From NCBI GenBank assembly GCA_964623775.1, contig CAZUVH010000002.1, positions 176,454 through 235,310 of the forward strand: DNA of 58,857 bases, in the 5' to 3' direction. Below, piece by piece: positions 33,368 to 42,063 of this stretch (position 1 is the stretch's first letter; each line of letters starts with the position of its first letter). The notes beneath the pieces were generated by a model. It was given only the letters and a program-made list of their open reading frames with translations. It had not been told where the DNA came from and searched no databases. Source of the stretch: an uncultured Candidatus Saccharibacteria bacterium. GTDB lineage: Bacteria; Patescibacteriota; Minisyncoccia; Phycocordibacterales; UBA2100. The translations under genes were made by a program, and so were the position numbers.

Positions 33368-33721
33368 TTAATTTCGTATCGATAATTGTTTATTGTGCCT
33401 CGTCCTGATCTTTTTGGTCTTATCCGCAAGTGCTTTTTTCATGTCGACGTTCATTGCCTTGGCTATCAGGAAGGCGACGATCACCACATCGGCAAATTCG
33501 CCCTCAAGGTCGACTTTCTTCTTCAACTTCCCCTTCCGATGGTCTCCTGCGGTAGCGAGGATTGCGTCGCAGAGCTCTCCGTATTCTTCACCAAGCTTTA
33601 CCGTCCGTGCAAAAATCGCCTCCATCCCCGTGCCGCCTTTCCGAAGTGATCGGAATAATGCGTCCTGCTCATCAATAAATTTCTGAAATTCCTCCAATGT
33701 CATTGCCCAACTATACCGCAT
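33368..33721 (-). CDS. MazG-like nucleotide pyrophosphohydrolase
   Basis: 117 aa (alternative ATG at 33703). KLGEEYGELCDAIL and LEGEFADVVIVAFLIAKAMNVD are EExxE/D-type MazG helices. Confidence 0.7.
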   Translation of the reverse strand: MRYSWAMTLEEFQKFIDEQDALFRSLRKGGTGMEAIFARTVKLGEEYGELCDAILATAGDHRKGKLKKKVDLEGEFADVVIVAFLIAKAMNVDMKKALADKTKKIRTRHNKQLSIRN

Positions 33722-34077
33722 TAGAATTCGTAAAGCTTGTCGGCGAAATTCTTGATGCGATTGTTTTTATCCAATTCGATCTTTTCTTTTTTATAAAGAG
33801 CGAGGCGTTTCTTTTTTGTATCGTTACTGAACCACACGCGACCGTCACTATATACGATACGGTGCCACGGTATTTTGTGCTCGCCCGCATCCCACGCCTT
33901 TCCCAGAATAGTGGTGATGCTTTGTGCGGCCATAGCGCCACCTCCTGCCCTCTTCGCAAGTATTCCATATGAAGTGACGCGGCCCGCGGGGATTTTGAGC
34001 GCGAGCTCTACCACCCGATCGCTAAATGTCTTCTTGGCCGCTTTGTGTGTCATCGGCCGCTCTTCGAAAAGAGTCAT
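33721..34077 (-). CDS. alkyltransferase-like protein (ATL; MGMT fold with the active-site Cys replaced by Trp)
   Basis: 118 aa. DNA-binding-domain motif IPAGRVTSYGILAKRAG. IPWHRIV stands where MGMT has PCHRV. Confidence 0.7.
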   Translation of the reverse strand: MTLFEERPMTHKAAKKTFSDRVVELALKIPAGRVTSYGILAKRAGGGAMAAQSITTILGKAWDAGEHKIPWHRIVYSDGRVWFSNDTKKKRLALYKKEKIELDKNNRIKNFADKLYEF

Positions 34078-34078
34078 G

Positions 34079-35170
34079 TTAGCGGATATTCGAGATCGAG
34101 TTCTTTGCCGTGTCGTGCCTCGTCTTTAGGACGTTGGAGATCGATGAGAGTAGCTGTGCCTGCGCCTTGATGCCCTGCTTGATCGTAAACGACTCGATCT
34201 TGCTCGCTGCCTCCGCTTCAAAACCGTCGGCATCGAAATCGGTGGTCGCGAGGAAACTCCACCAAGGGAACTTCACTTTTACGCGATCCTCCACGCCATC
34301 TGAGTCCATATCAGCGACAACAACGAATCGTATCGGCAGCTTGATGAATCCAAAGAGCTTCGCCTCTTCCTGCGATTCCACCTCGACGACATTTTCTGTC
34401 ATCCTTATACCCCTGATCGCGACATTGTCGTCAGCCACGAGTTCTATAAATGTATGGAGATCTTCGTCGGTCCCCACATCTTGCGGACGGCCGAGAATCG
34501 CTTCTTTCTTCTTTGGATCCCATCCGCGCACCTCTACCTTTGCAAACGATCGGTCACCGTCATCGCGCCATATGAGATCGAAGTCAGGGTCGCCCGGAGG
34601 AAGTTGGCGCTCTTCGACATCATTCACCGCGTCATCGTCACCATCCCGATCAAGATCGCCCGCCTGCAATTCGCCCTTGATCGTGCCGCCATCGACTGTA
34701 CGCAGCACATCAGGACGACCATCACGATTGAGATCGGCAGCCTTAAGGTCAAAATCAGGATCGCCAGTTATATTCACCGCTGGCCCCTGCGCATCGACAG
34801 TAAACTGCCTTTTCTCGACGACCGTCGTCGCGCCCGCGCGATCTGTAGCCCGAAGCTCAAATACATACGTGCCCGGCGTGCTCGGTGTAAAGGATAGTTT
34901 CGTCGTCGTATCACCCTTGAGGGCAACCGTCGGCCCGGATACCTGCGTCCACGTGTAGGTTTTGATTTCTCCGTCGTCCGAGCTCCTCGTGCCATCGAGC
35001 ACGATCGTCGTCCCGACCCTGCCGGTATTGATCACCGTCACAAGATTCATTTTGACCGACGTGTCGCCGCTCGCCTGAAACGAGACAGCTTGAATGGTCT
35101 GCGCGCTCGCAACGCCCGCCATCATTAATAAAACCCCCGCCCCCGCTCCAATGCTTTTGAGAATATTCAT
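34079..35170 (-). CDS. secreted protein with a PKD-like domain and Asp-rich Ca-binding-like repeats
   Basis: 363 aa. Signal peptide. IVLDGTRSSDDGEIKTYTWTQVSGP is PKD-like. DLNRDGRPD and GDLDRDGDDD motifs. Confidence 0.65.
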   Translation of the reverse strand: MNILKSIGAGAGVLLMMAGVASAQTIQAVSFQASGDTSVKMNLVTVINTGRVGTTIVLDGTRSSDDGEIKTYTWTQVSGPTVALKGDTTTKLSFTPSTPGTYVFELRATDRAGATTVVEKRQFTVDAQGPAVNITGDPDFDLKAADLNRDGRPDVLRTVDGGTIKGELQAGDLDRDGDDDAVNDVEERQLPPGDPDFDLIWRDDGDRSFAKVEVRGWDPKKKEAILGRPQDVGTDEDLHTFIELVADDNVAIRGIRMTENVVEVESQEEAKLFGFIKLPIRFVVVADMDSDGVEDRVKVKFPWWSFLATTDFDADGFEAEAASKIESFTIKQGIKAQAQLLSSISNVLKTRHDTAKNSISNIR

Positions 35171-35176
35171 AAAAAT

Positions 35177-35185
35177 ATAATACCA
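35177..35185 (-). promoter_or_regulatory. extended -10 (TGgTATTAT) 6 nt before the ATG at 35170; leaderless design
   Basis: Minus strand reads TGGTATTAT, attttt, ATG. Confidence 0.5.
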
Positions 35186-35189
35186 GAAA

Positions 35190-35774
35190 CTAGCCTATTT
35201 TCTGCCTTAGATAATCGCCGATTTCCGTAACGATCGAATTTACCTCAGTGCTGAAAGAATCCTCCTTCTCAAAGGTACTTGTGTCGTAAATGATGTAATG
35301 CCATTTCATATCTTTGGGATTGAAATATGGATTGGAAAAGCGTTGCCATAAAGTAAAATTCAGATCGGCGACTTTTTTATACATTGGTTGAATTTTTTTT
35401 TGCACTTCAGAGCCCCAAAGGACTTCAGCCGCTAAGGCATGGGACTCGACTTCTGTTCTTGCCATGGTTATCTTTTGCCATCGCATTTCATAGACATGTG
35501 GGCCCGTATTCTGCGCGATTTCCTCGACTGGTTTGTTGGGGTGTCTTTTCTTAGTGTACTCCACGGCTTCGTTACTTTCGGAGGGCCATATTGCAGGATT
35601 TCTAACGAATTTAACCGCATCTCTGAGTTTTAAAAGTGATAAGTGTAAATTATATGCGGCATCAAATTGCCTTACCCCTTTGGTTTGTTTTTTCCAAGTC
35701 GAGAGGCCTTCCGCCGCAATAACAAGACCGAGCGCAGTGAGAACAAACGTAACAATATCTTTTATATCAATCAT
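35190..35774 (-). CDS. hypothetical N-terminally anchored protein in a markedly A+T-rich gene
   Basis: 194 aa with one N-terminal TM. In the lines I counted the gene is about 30-35% G+C, versus about 55% in its neighbours. Its start overlaps the upstream stop (ATGA). Confidence 0.6.
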   Translation of the reverse strand: MIDIKDIVTFVLTALGLVIAAEGLSTWKKQTKGVRQFDAAYNLHLSLLKLRDAVKFVRNPAIWPSESNEAVEYTKKRHPNKPVEEIAQNTGPHVYEMRWQKITMARTEVESHALAAEVLWGSEVQKKIQPMYKKVADLNFTLWQRFSNPYFNPKDMKWHYIIYDTSTFEKEDSFSTEVNSIVTEIGDYLRQKIG

Positions 35775-36364
35775 ACATTCTCTGTGGATCTAAATATGCT
35801 CTTAGTGCTCTTACGATAGTTGTCGACAATCTTTTTTACGCGCTTGTCGCGAGTCGCTTGTTGGACACCGCGGAGGATGAAGCGGTAGAGGGCGCGCTTC
35901 ATGGAGGGGGCGACTTTTTCAAATGTCTTTTTTGCTGCAGGGTCTTTCGCGAGCGCTCGCTTGAGTTCGATCGGCATATCGGGATTCTTGGGAATACCGT
36001 GATCGTGCGTCGGCTTTGCCTTCCCCATTTTATAGAAATGAATGCCCTGCTCCTGCATCCGCCCCACCTTTATCAGTGCCTTGGCATACGAGAGCGTGTT
36101 GTCGCTCCACTTACTCCCCTCGTTGCGTTTAGAAAAATTGCGTACAAAAGTGTCTTCGTCGATGCGCTTGATCGTCGTATCGATCCAACCGTAGCAGATC
36201 GCCTCTTCAATGAGCTGTCGGTGCGTCGGAAATCCTTTGCCTGTGTGTTTCTTATGTATGATCACTCGCACTTTCGACTCTTTCTTGTGGTTCTTCTTGA
36301 GCCACTTCTGAAAGTCTTGAGCCGTATACGCATTGATTTCGGGGATTTCCATAGTGGCATCCAT
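35771..36364 (-). CDS. YdeI/OmpD-associated family protein
   Basis: Start moved to the ATG at 36364, downstream of the terminator. FQKWLKKNHKKE..EEAICYGWIDTTIKRIDEDTF..KWSDNTLSYAKAL. Confidence 0.7.
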   Translation of the reverse strand: MDATMEIPEINAYTAQDFQKWLKKNHKKESKVRVIIHKKHTGKGFPTHRQLIEEAICYGWIDTTIKRIDEDTFVRNFSKRNEGSKWSDNTLSYAKALIKVGRMQEQGIHFYKMGKAKPTHDHGIPKNPDMPIELKRALAKDPAAKKTFEKVAPSMKRALYRFILRGVQQATRDKRVKKIVDNYRKSTKSIFRSTENV

Positions 36365-36365
36365 T

Positions 36366-36396
36366 ATACAGAAAAGCCGCTCCCGAGGGAGCGGCT
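36366..36396 (-). terminator. intrinsic terminator after the HD-domain gene
   Basis: AAGCCGCTCC-CGAG-GGAGCGGCTT. The minus strand is followed by TTTTCTGT. Confidence 0.75.
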
Positions 36397-36402
36397 TCAA
36401 TT

Positions 36403-37059
36403 TTAGACTTTCAGAACTCCGGCCTTGTACAATGCCTCGACGAGCTTCTTTTTGTCGGGATTATACTCGAACATTTTCGCCCTCACTTCCTCGCCGCTGA
36501 GCCCGCCACCCTCTTTGAACTTGCTGTTGGCGCGATGGAGCGCATCGTACACATCGGCGAGAGCGAGAATGCGGCCGTACTCCACGATCAGGAGCTTCGC
36601 CCCCTCACTGTACTCGTGCATGGGCTTCGGCATGACCTTCGGATATCCGTTGGTCTGGAACTTGTGATGCCAGAGGATAATCTCCGCGGTGAAATCAAAC
36701 TTATCGCGAAGCATCCGATAGCTGTCCATGACATGCTTTCGCATGATCACGTAATCGGCTTCGGTAAATGGCGTCGTCTTGCCGAGCACTGCTTTCGGAA
36801 CCAGTGCTTTCCCGATGTCGTGGAGCGCCCCGGCAAAAAGAAGAGGTCGCTCTTCGCAATGCGTGTACTTTGCGATGGAGCGTGCGACGATCGCGACACG
36901 GAGCGAATGCAGATAGTGCGCATGCGTCACTTCATTCTTGTCTTTGAGCGGCGCCATGAGCGAGCGAATCGTGAGGCGGTCTCTATCCTTGACCTCTGCC
37001 CCTTCGCAGGCACGACGGAAATCGTCTTCGAGTTTCTCTGTCTCGGTCACTTCCGCCAC
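36403..37059 (-). CDS. HD-GYP-type HD domain phosphohydrolase
   Basis: 218 aa. GTG start, uncertain. HSLRVAIVARSIAKY, GALHDIGKALVP, ILWHHKF. Confidence 0.8.
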   Translation of the reverse strand: MAEVTETEKLEDDFRRACEGAEVKDRDRLTIRSLMAPLKDKNEVTHAHYLHSLRVAIVARSIAKYTHCEERPLLFAGALHDIGKALVPKAVLGKTTPFTEADYVIMRKHVMDSYRMLRDKFDFTAEIILWHHKFQTNGYPKVMPKPMHEYSEGAKLLIVEYGRILALADVYDALHRANSKFKEGGGLSGEEVRAKMFEYNPDKKKLVEALYKAGVLKV

Positions 37060-37262
37060 CGCTCCAGAGACCGGCCGACGTCGCCGACGATCTCATTGAT
37101 GCGGGTGTTCTTTTCGACTTCAGTGACGCCGAGCACATCATCAAGCTTTCCGTGACGCCTCAGCACGCCGAGCATCGCAAACGTGGCGGACTCCGCCGGA
37201 CTCTGCGGCTGGTGTTTCTTCTCACCACTCGCTCGCATGAGGTAGCGATTCCAGATGTCCAT
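37047..37262 (-). CDS. 71-aa hypothetical protein upstream of and overlapping the HD gene
   Basis: ATG with a strong AAGGAGAG SD. 13-nt overlap with the HD gene start. Confidence 0.5.
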   Translation of the reverse strand: MDIWNRYLMRASGEKKHQPQSPAESATFAMLGVLRRHGKLDDVLGVTEVEKNTRINEIVGDVGRSLERWRK

Positions 37263-37346
37263 TGGTCTCTCCTTGGATTCAATTGACCGGAAATACTATA
37301 TTGAAATTATGGAAAATGTCAACAAAGTGTGGTAGTGTACGCCTTT

Positions 37347-37787
37347 ATGAAAAGAATTCCGAGGAGATGGGTGGCGCTTCCCTTTGATCTGGAGGTCCGA
37401 CGCTCACGCACGGGCCGCGGCATGTTTACAAAAGAGCCCATTTTGCGCGGAGCGTGCATTATTGAGTACACGGGACGCGAGTTGAATAAAAAAGAACAAG
37501 AGAAAGGTGGTAAATACTTTTTCTGGACCTCTCCGCGGACGATGATCGACGGCAACATCAAGGGCAATCGGGCGCGCTTTATCAATCACTCATGCAGGCC
37601 CAATTGCGAGATTGATATCCGTAAGCAAAGGATCTTTGTATTTGCCAAACGCGCCATCAAAGCTGGTGAAGAGCTCACCTACGACTACGACACCGAATAT
37701 TTTGAGGAGCACATCAAGCCCCGCGGCTGCCTATGCGACAAGTGCCGTGAAAAAAGAGGGGCTACAGCGCATGCACCGGCGCGGTGA
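37347..37787 (+). CDS. SET domain protein (putative lysine methyltransferase)
   Basis: Start at the ATG at 37347 (track GTG at 37329). GRGMFT.., ARFINHSCRPNCE, GEELTYDY and a post-SET-like CLCDKC. Confidence 0.85.
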   Translation: MKRIPRRWVALPFDLEVRRSRTGRGMFTKEPILRGACIIEYTGRELNKKEQEKGGKYFFWTSPRTMIDGNIKGNRARFINHSCRPNCEIDIRKQRIFVFAKRAIKAGEELTYDYDTEYFEEHIKPRGCLCDKCREKRGATAHAPAR

Positions 37788-38553
37788 GATCGCGTTCGGC
37801 GCGATTGACGATGCGTTCCATGGTAGCGACTACTTCGGTGGGATGTTTGCCGAGAGCGCTTTCTTCCGAGAGCATGACGGCGTCGGCGCTTGAGAGGATC
37901 GCGAAAGACACGTCTGTCACCTCGGCGCGCGTGGGTTCGAGATTTTCCGTCATTGAGAGCATCATTTGCGTTGCGACGATGACGGGCTTGCCCGCGCTCT
38001 TCGTGCGCGCGATGAGATCGCGCTCCACAAATGGAATGTCCTCTATCGGTATCGCATTTCCCAAATCCCCGCGGGCGATCATGATCGCGTCGGCGGTCGC
38101 AAGTATCGCATCAAAGTTATCGATTGCTTCACGTCGCTCGATCTTGGCGATTATCGGGAGATTCGCGCCGCGCTCCACAATACGTGCACGCAGCGCCGAG
38201 ACATCGTCCGCGCTGCCGACATATGACTGCGCTATGTACTCGACCTTGAGCCCGAGTCCAAAATCGAGATCGAATAGGTCTTTGTCGGTGATCTCGGCGC
38301 TCGTACTATCGAACGCATGACCGGCGTCGGTGCGTTGACGGGGGCCCGAGAGATCGAGAATGACCGGAATGCGTTTTTGTGCCTCCTGAGCAGCCGCGCG
38401 GATGTTTTGAATAAAACGGCCGTTGGTCTCGTGCGTCCCGTGCGAGCAGTTGATTCGCGCGACATCCATGCCGCCCTCAATCATCTTCGAAAGAATCTCG
38501 ATCTCACCGCTCGCGGGCCCTACGGTTGCTACGATCTGTGCTCGTGAGCTCAT
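37762..38553 (-). CDS. minimal pyruvate kinase-like protein (A-domain barrel only)
   Basis: 263 aa. IVATVGPAS, ARINCSHG, IAKIERREA, MIARGDLG, VATQMMLSM and MLSEESALGKHP are collinear with pyruvate kinase. The lid (B) domain and the C-terminal domain are absent. Confidence 0.8.
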   Translation of the reverse strand: MSSRAQIVATVGPASGEIEILSKMIEGGMDVARINCSHGTHETNGRFIQNIRAAAQEAQKRIPVILDLSGPRQRTDAGHAFDSTSAEITDKDLFDLDFGLGLKVEYIAQSYVGSADDVSALRARIVERGANLPIIAKIERREAIDNFDAILATADAIMIARGDLGNAIPIEDIPFVERDLIARTKSAGKPVIVATQMMLSMTENLEPTRAEVTDVSFAILSSADAVMLSEESALGKHPTEVVATMERIVNRAERDLTAPVHAL

Positions 38554-39767
38554 ATGGTTGTGCCACTTATTATAGCGAGACGTTCGTACTTCGCCCGCCT
38601 CTCCTTTTTGCGCAGTGCTCCCGCCTTGAGACCGAAGGCTCCAAAAGCATAGGCGAGATCCGCGATGAAATCGTCCATGGTCTCCCCGCTTCTATGACTC
38701 ACGATGCAGTCGATCTCGGATTCGCGCGCGAGCTTCATTGCCTCAAAGACTTCCGAAAGCGTGCCGATCTGATTCGGCTTGATGATGATGCCCCTGATAC
38801 TACGTGATTCAATCGCGCGTTTCAATCGCATCGGGTTCGTGACAGTGAGATCGTCGCCGACGACGCGTGTATCGGTCGATGCCTGGAATTTTGAGAACGC
38901 ATCAAACGCGTCTTCGTGAAATGGGTCCTCGATCGAAATGATCGGATACTTTTGTATCAAATCGGCATACAAAGCGGCGAGTTCATCGGTACTATATGAG
39001 CGCCCGCCGACCGCGTACCCTCCGTCCTCAAAGAACGAAGACGCTGCAACATCAATCGCTATCCTGACGCGACCCTCAAAGCCCGCTTGTGCGATCGCCT
39101 GAGAGAGAAGATCAAACGGCACATGCGGATCAGATTCGGGAATCACATAGCCGCCTTCGTCTCCCGCCGAGCGCGCGCTCTCCTCGCTATACCGGCTTCG
39201 AATCACCTCCTCAAGACGACCTCCGATCTTTTCGAGCATACCGACTGATTCGGCTACGCTCTCGGACTCTGGCACGAGCATGTGCTCTTGAAACGAGAGT
39301 GGCGAAGACGCATGCTTGCCGCCGTTGATGTAGTTGGAATACAGATACGGGATATCCCGTGATGGCTTGATCTCGGCGCATGAACGTAGGTGCTCATAGA
39401 CGGGAATGTTTTTTGCCGCGGCAGCGGCTTTTGCGCACGCGATGCTCACCCCGATAAGGACGTTGCCGCCGAGATTCGATTTATTAGGTGTGCCATCGAT
39501 CGCGATGAGCCTATGATCGACCTCTTCTTGGTGGGTGACATCAAGGCCGACGAGTGCAGGCCGCACCGTCTCGACAACATTCTTGATCGCAGCGTTCATA
39601 TGCCCATCTGTATCGCGAAGCTCACATGCCTCCGCCGATCCGGTCGATGCGCCCGACGGCACGGAAAACGTGCCCGTACTTTCTCCCGTGTGGACAGTGA
39701 CCGCGATCGTCGGCTTGCCGCGCGAATCGCGGACCTCCTCGGCAGTGATGTTGGTGATCGCGCTCAT
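38550..39767 (-). CDS. eno: enolase (phosphopyruvate hydratase)
   Basis: Start moved to the ATG at 39767 (ATGA overlap with the upstream stop). EEVRDSRGKPTIAV, VPSGASTGSAEA, SHRSGETMDDFIADLA. Confidence 0.92.
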   Translation of the reverse strand: MSAITNITAEEVRDSRGKPTIAVTVHTGESTGTFSVPSGASTGSAEACELRDTDGHMNAAIKNVVETVRPALVGLDVTHQEEVDHRLIAIDGTPNKSNLGGNVLIGVSIACAKAAAAAKNIPVYEHLRSCAEIKPSRDIPYLYSNYINGGKHASSPLSFQEHMLVPESESVAESVGMLEKIGGRLEEVIRSRYSEESARSAGDEGGYVIPESDPHVPFDLLSQAIAQAGFEGRVRIAIDVAASSFFEDGGYAVGGRSYSTDELAALYADLIQKYPIISIEDPFHEDAFDAFSKFQASTDTRVVGDDLTVTNPMRLKRAIESRSIRGIIIKPNQIGTLSEVFEAMKLARESEIDCIVSHRSGETMDDFIADLAYAFGAFGLKAGALRKKERRAKYERLAIISGTTI

Positions 39768-41029
39768 ACCTTGCGAAGATACATAAAGAGATCCGAGACA
39801 TTGGATTCCGTCTGGCCCGTATAAAAGAGGTCGCCTGTCGATTGAAAGAGTGGCAATGTGTTGAAATTTTGCAGACACGCGTCGATATCGAATCCACCGC
39901 GTACCGCACGTTCGATCGTCCCCATATCGGCAAGCGCACCCGCAGCGTCGGAATTATCAATCCCGTCGGAAGCCATAGAGACGAAAATTTGTTCGTGATT
40001 CATAAATTTGAGGGATGCAAGCGATGTGTATTGGCAGCGGCCGCCGAGCGCATCTTTTTGAGGAAGCACGATACGCGGCTCGCCGCCCGCGATCGCAGCG
40101 GAGACTCCACTGATCGCACTATGCATTTTCCCCACGAGCGACATCGGCTCATCGTAGAGCGCGTCGCCCACTTGTGCGACCTCATATCCAAGCTGCGAAG
40201 CTTTCAACTGCATCCACTCGAGCGCCACGCGGTTGGAAACCATGGGCACATTGCGAATGCCGGCAAAAAGCGTCCGATCTTTCGGTGTTTCCCTCAGAGT
40301 GTAGCCGGAGAGCCCGTACTTGTGCAGGATTGCGGCGGCGTCCTCTTTTGTCGATTCGTCGAAATACGTGGGGCCTGAGGCGACGTCGCCATACTTGTCA
40401 CCCGGCACATCGCAGAAAATCAGCCCGACCACAGTCGCGGGGTGCAGCATCGCGGCGAGTCCACCGCCTTTGACCTCCGATATATGACGACGAACAAGAT
40501 TCATCTCATCGATCGTGGCACCTACGCGCGCGCAGTCATCGTAGAGCTTTGTGCCCTGTTCACATTCGTCGAGCGGCCAGCACAAAAGCGACGACCCGCC
40601 CCCCGAGACGATTACGAGGACAAGATCCCCGGCACTCACTTGCCCGGCCATGTTCACGATTTTCCCCGTGTGTGCGACATTTTCTTTTGTCGGGTGAGGA
40701 TGTGAGCCCTGTCGAATTTCAATGATCTCACAGACACCCGGCCGCACGTCGATCGCGACACCCTCGGCGATGCGGCCATGCAGCATCGACTCCACCGCAG
40801 CAATAGCCTTGCATGATGCCTTTCCAAAACCAATAACCTTGACGCTGCGATATTTTGAAAGGTCGTAGAGGGTCTTGTCGATTGTCAGCACCTGACCATC
40901 GAAATGCATCTTCTCGCGAACAACACGTTCCGTGTCGATACCCATGTAGGCCGCTTCGGCTATCGTAAGCGCATCTCTGCGAAGAGTCGTCGTCGCAAGC
41001 TGATCGAAATTTTTTATGATGCCAGCCAT
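39764..41029 (-). CDS. glycerate kinase, MOFRL family (glycerate 2-kinase/TtuD-like)
   Basis: 421 aa. LVLVIVSGGGSSLL, GGEPRIVLP, SDGIDNSDAAGA. Confidence 0.8.
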   Translation of the reverse strand: MAGIIKNFDQLATTTLRRDALTIAEAAYMGIDTERVVREKMHFDGQVLTIDKTLYDLSKYRSVKVIGFGKASCKAIAAVESMLHGRIAEGVAIDVRPGVCEIIEIRQGSHPHPTKENVAHTGKIVNMAGQVSAGDLVLVIVSGGGSSLLCWPLDECEQGTKLYDDCARVGATIDEMNLVRRHISEVKGGGLAAMLHPATVVGLIFCDVPGDKYGDVASGPTYFDESTKEDAAAILHKYGLSGYTLRETPKDRTLFAGIRNVPMVSNRVALEWMQLKASQLGYEVAQVGDALYDEPMSLVGKMHSAISGVSAAIAGGEPRIVLPQKDALGGRCQYTSLASLKFMNHEQIFVSMASDGIDNSDAAGALADMGTIERAVRGGFDIDACLQNFNTLPLFQSTGDLFYTGQTESNVSDLFMYLRKV

Positions 41030-42027
41030 TATGAGACGATATTACGCGGGGTTCCGCCGATAAATCCAAGAATGTTGTCTACGGTCGTCTGCAGTATCTC
41101 GCTATACGCCTCTTTCGAGAAAAAGGCGATGTGCGGCGTCACGACGACACGCGGCATCCGCACAAGCATGTGATCGCGAATGATTGATTTCAAATCCTGC
41201 ATAGATTCGGAATTCTTCACGAGCTCCATTTCGTCTTTCAGCGATCGCTCTCCTTCGAGAACATCGAGTCCCGCTCCCGCGATGCGTCCTCCTCGGAGTG
41301 CCTCGAGAAGCGCTTCGGTATCGATAAGCTCCCCGCGCGCTGTATTAATGACATATGCTCCGTGCTTCATTTTCGACAGACGTTCTCCATTGAGGAGGTG
41401 GTGATTCTCCGGGACATAGGGCACGTGGAGAGTGACGACATCGGATGCGGCAAGAAGCTCGTCGAGTGAGACGTACTTCGTGTCCTCCTTTTCGAGTGAA
41501 TTGTCGGGGAATTTGTCGAACATGAGGACGTGCATGCCAAAACCCTGGGCGATCCGGACGACATTGCGGCCGATCGCGCCCGTACCGACGACACCGATCG
41601 TCTTGCCAAAAAGATCGAAGCCGCCGAGTGCTGCGGTATCAAAGCTCTCTGTTTCCTTTACCTGATGGATCGCTTCGGGAAAACGACGAGAAAGATTGAG
41701 AAGCAGTCCGAATGCGAACTCGGCGACGGTACGGGCGCCATATTTCGCGACGTTGGCCACGGCCACCCCTTTTTCTTTTGCATGTGGGAGATTGATGTGG
41801 TCGACACCTGTCGAGCGCGCCGCGATCAGCTTCAGATTCGGCAACGCGTCGATGTATTCCGGAGTCACCGCAGATGGGACGAAGACCGAGAGCGCCTGTG
41901 CATCCGCGTGAGCACGCACAAAATCCATTGATATTCGTTCATTGGTATACACGATTTCATGCCCTACGAGCTTTTCTGCAAATAATGAGCGGAGCGCCTC
42001 ATCGGCGTCTGTGACGATGATTTTCAT
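41029..42027 (-). CDS. D-isomer-specific 2-hydroxyacid dehydrogenase (glycerate/lactate dehydrogenase-like)
   Basis: 332 aa. GVVGTGAIGRNV NAD fold. VINTARGELID. Catalytic-region VVVTPHIAF. Confidence 0.85.
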   Translation of the reverse strand: MKIIVTDADEALRSLFAEKLVGHEIVYTNERISMDFVRAHADAQALSVFVPSAVTPEYIDALPNLKLIAARSTGVDHINLPHAKEKGVAVANVAKYGARTVAEFAFGLLLNLSRRFPEAIHQVKETESFDTAALGGFDLFGKTIGVVGTGAIGRNVVRIAQGFGMHVLMFDKFPDNSLEKEDTKYVSLDELLAASDVVTLHVPYVPENHHLLNGERLSKMKHGAYVINTARGELIDTEALLEALRGGRIAGAGLDVLEGERSLKDEMELVKNSESMQDLKSIIRDHMLVRMPRVVVTPHIAFFSKEAYSEILQTTVDNILGFIGGTPRNIVS

Positions 42028-42063
42028 GCATTAATTATAGCAACCAAAAAAACACATCCGCGC

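Noticed and set aside
37762-38553. Calling the 263-aa pyruvate-kinase-like gene a pseudogene or fragment.
   Set aside because: The frame is uninterrupted and the catalytic barrel motifs are intact. The start is translationally coupled to eno (ATGA). The missing domains are cleanly excised rather than frame-shifted, so it looks like a functional minimal form.
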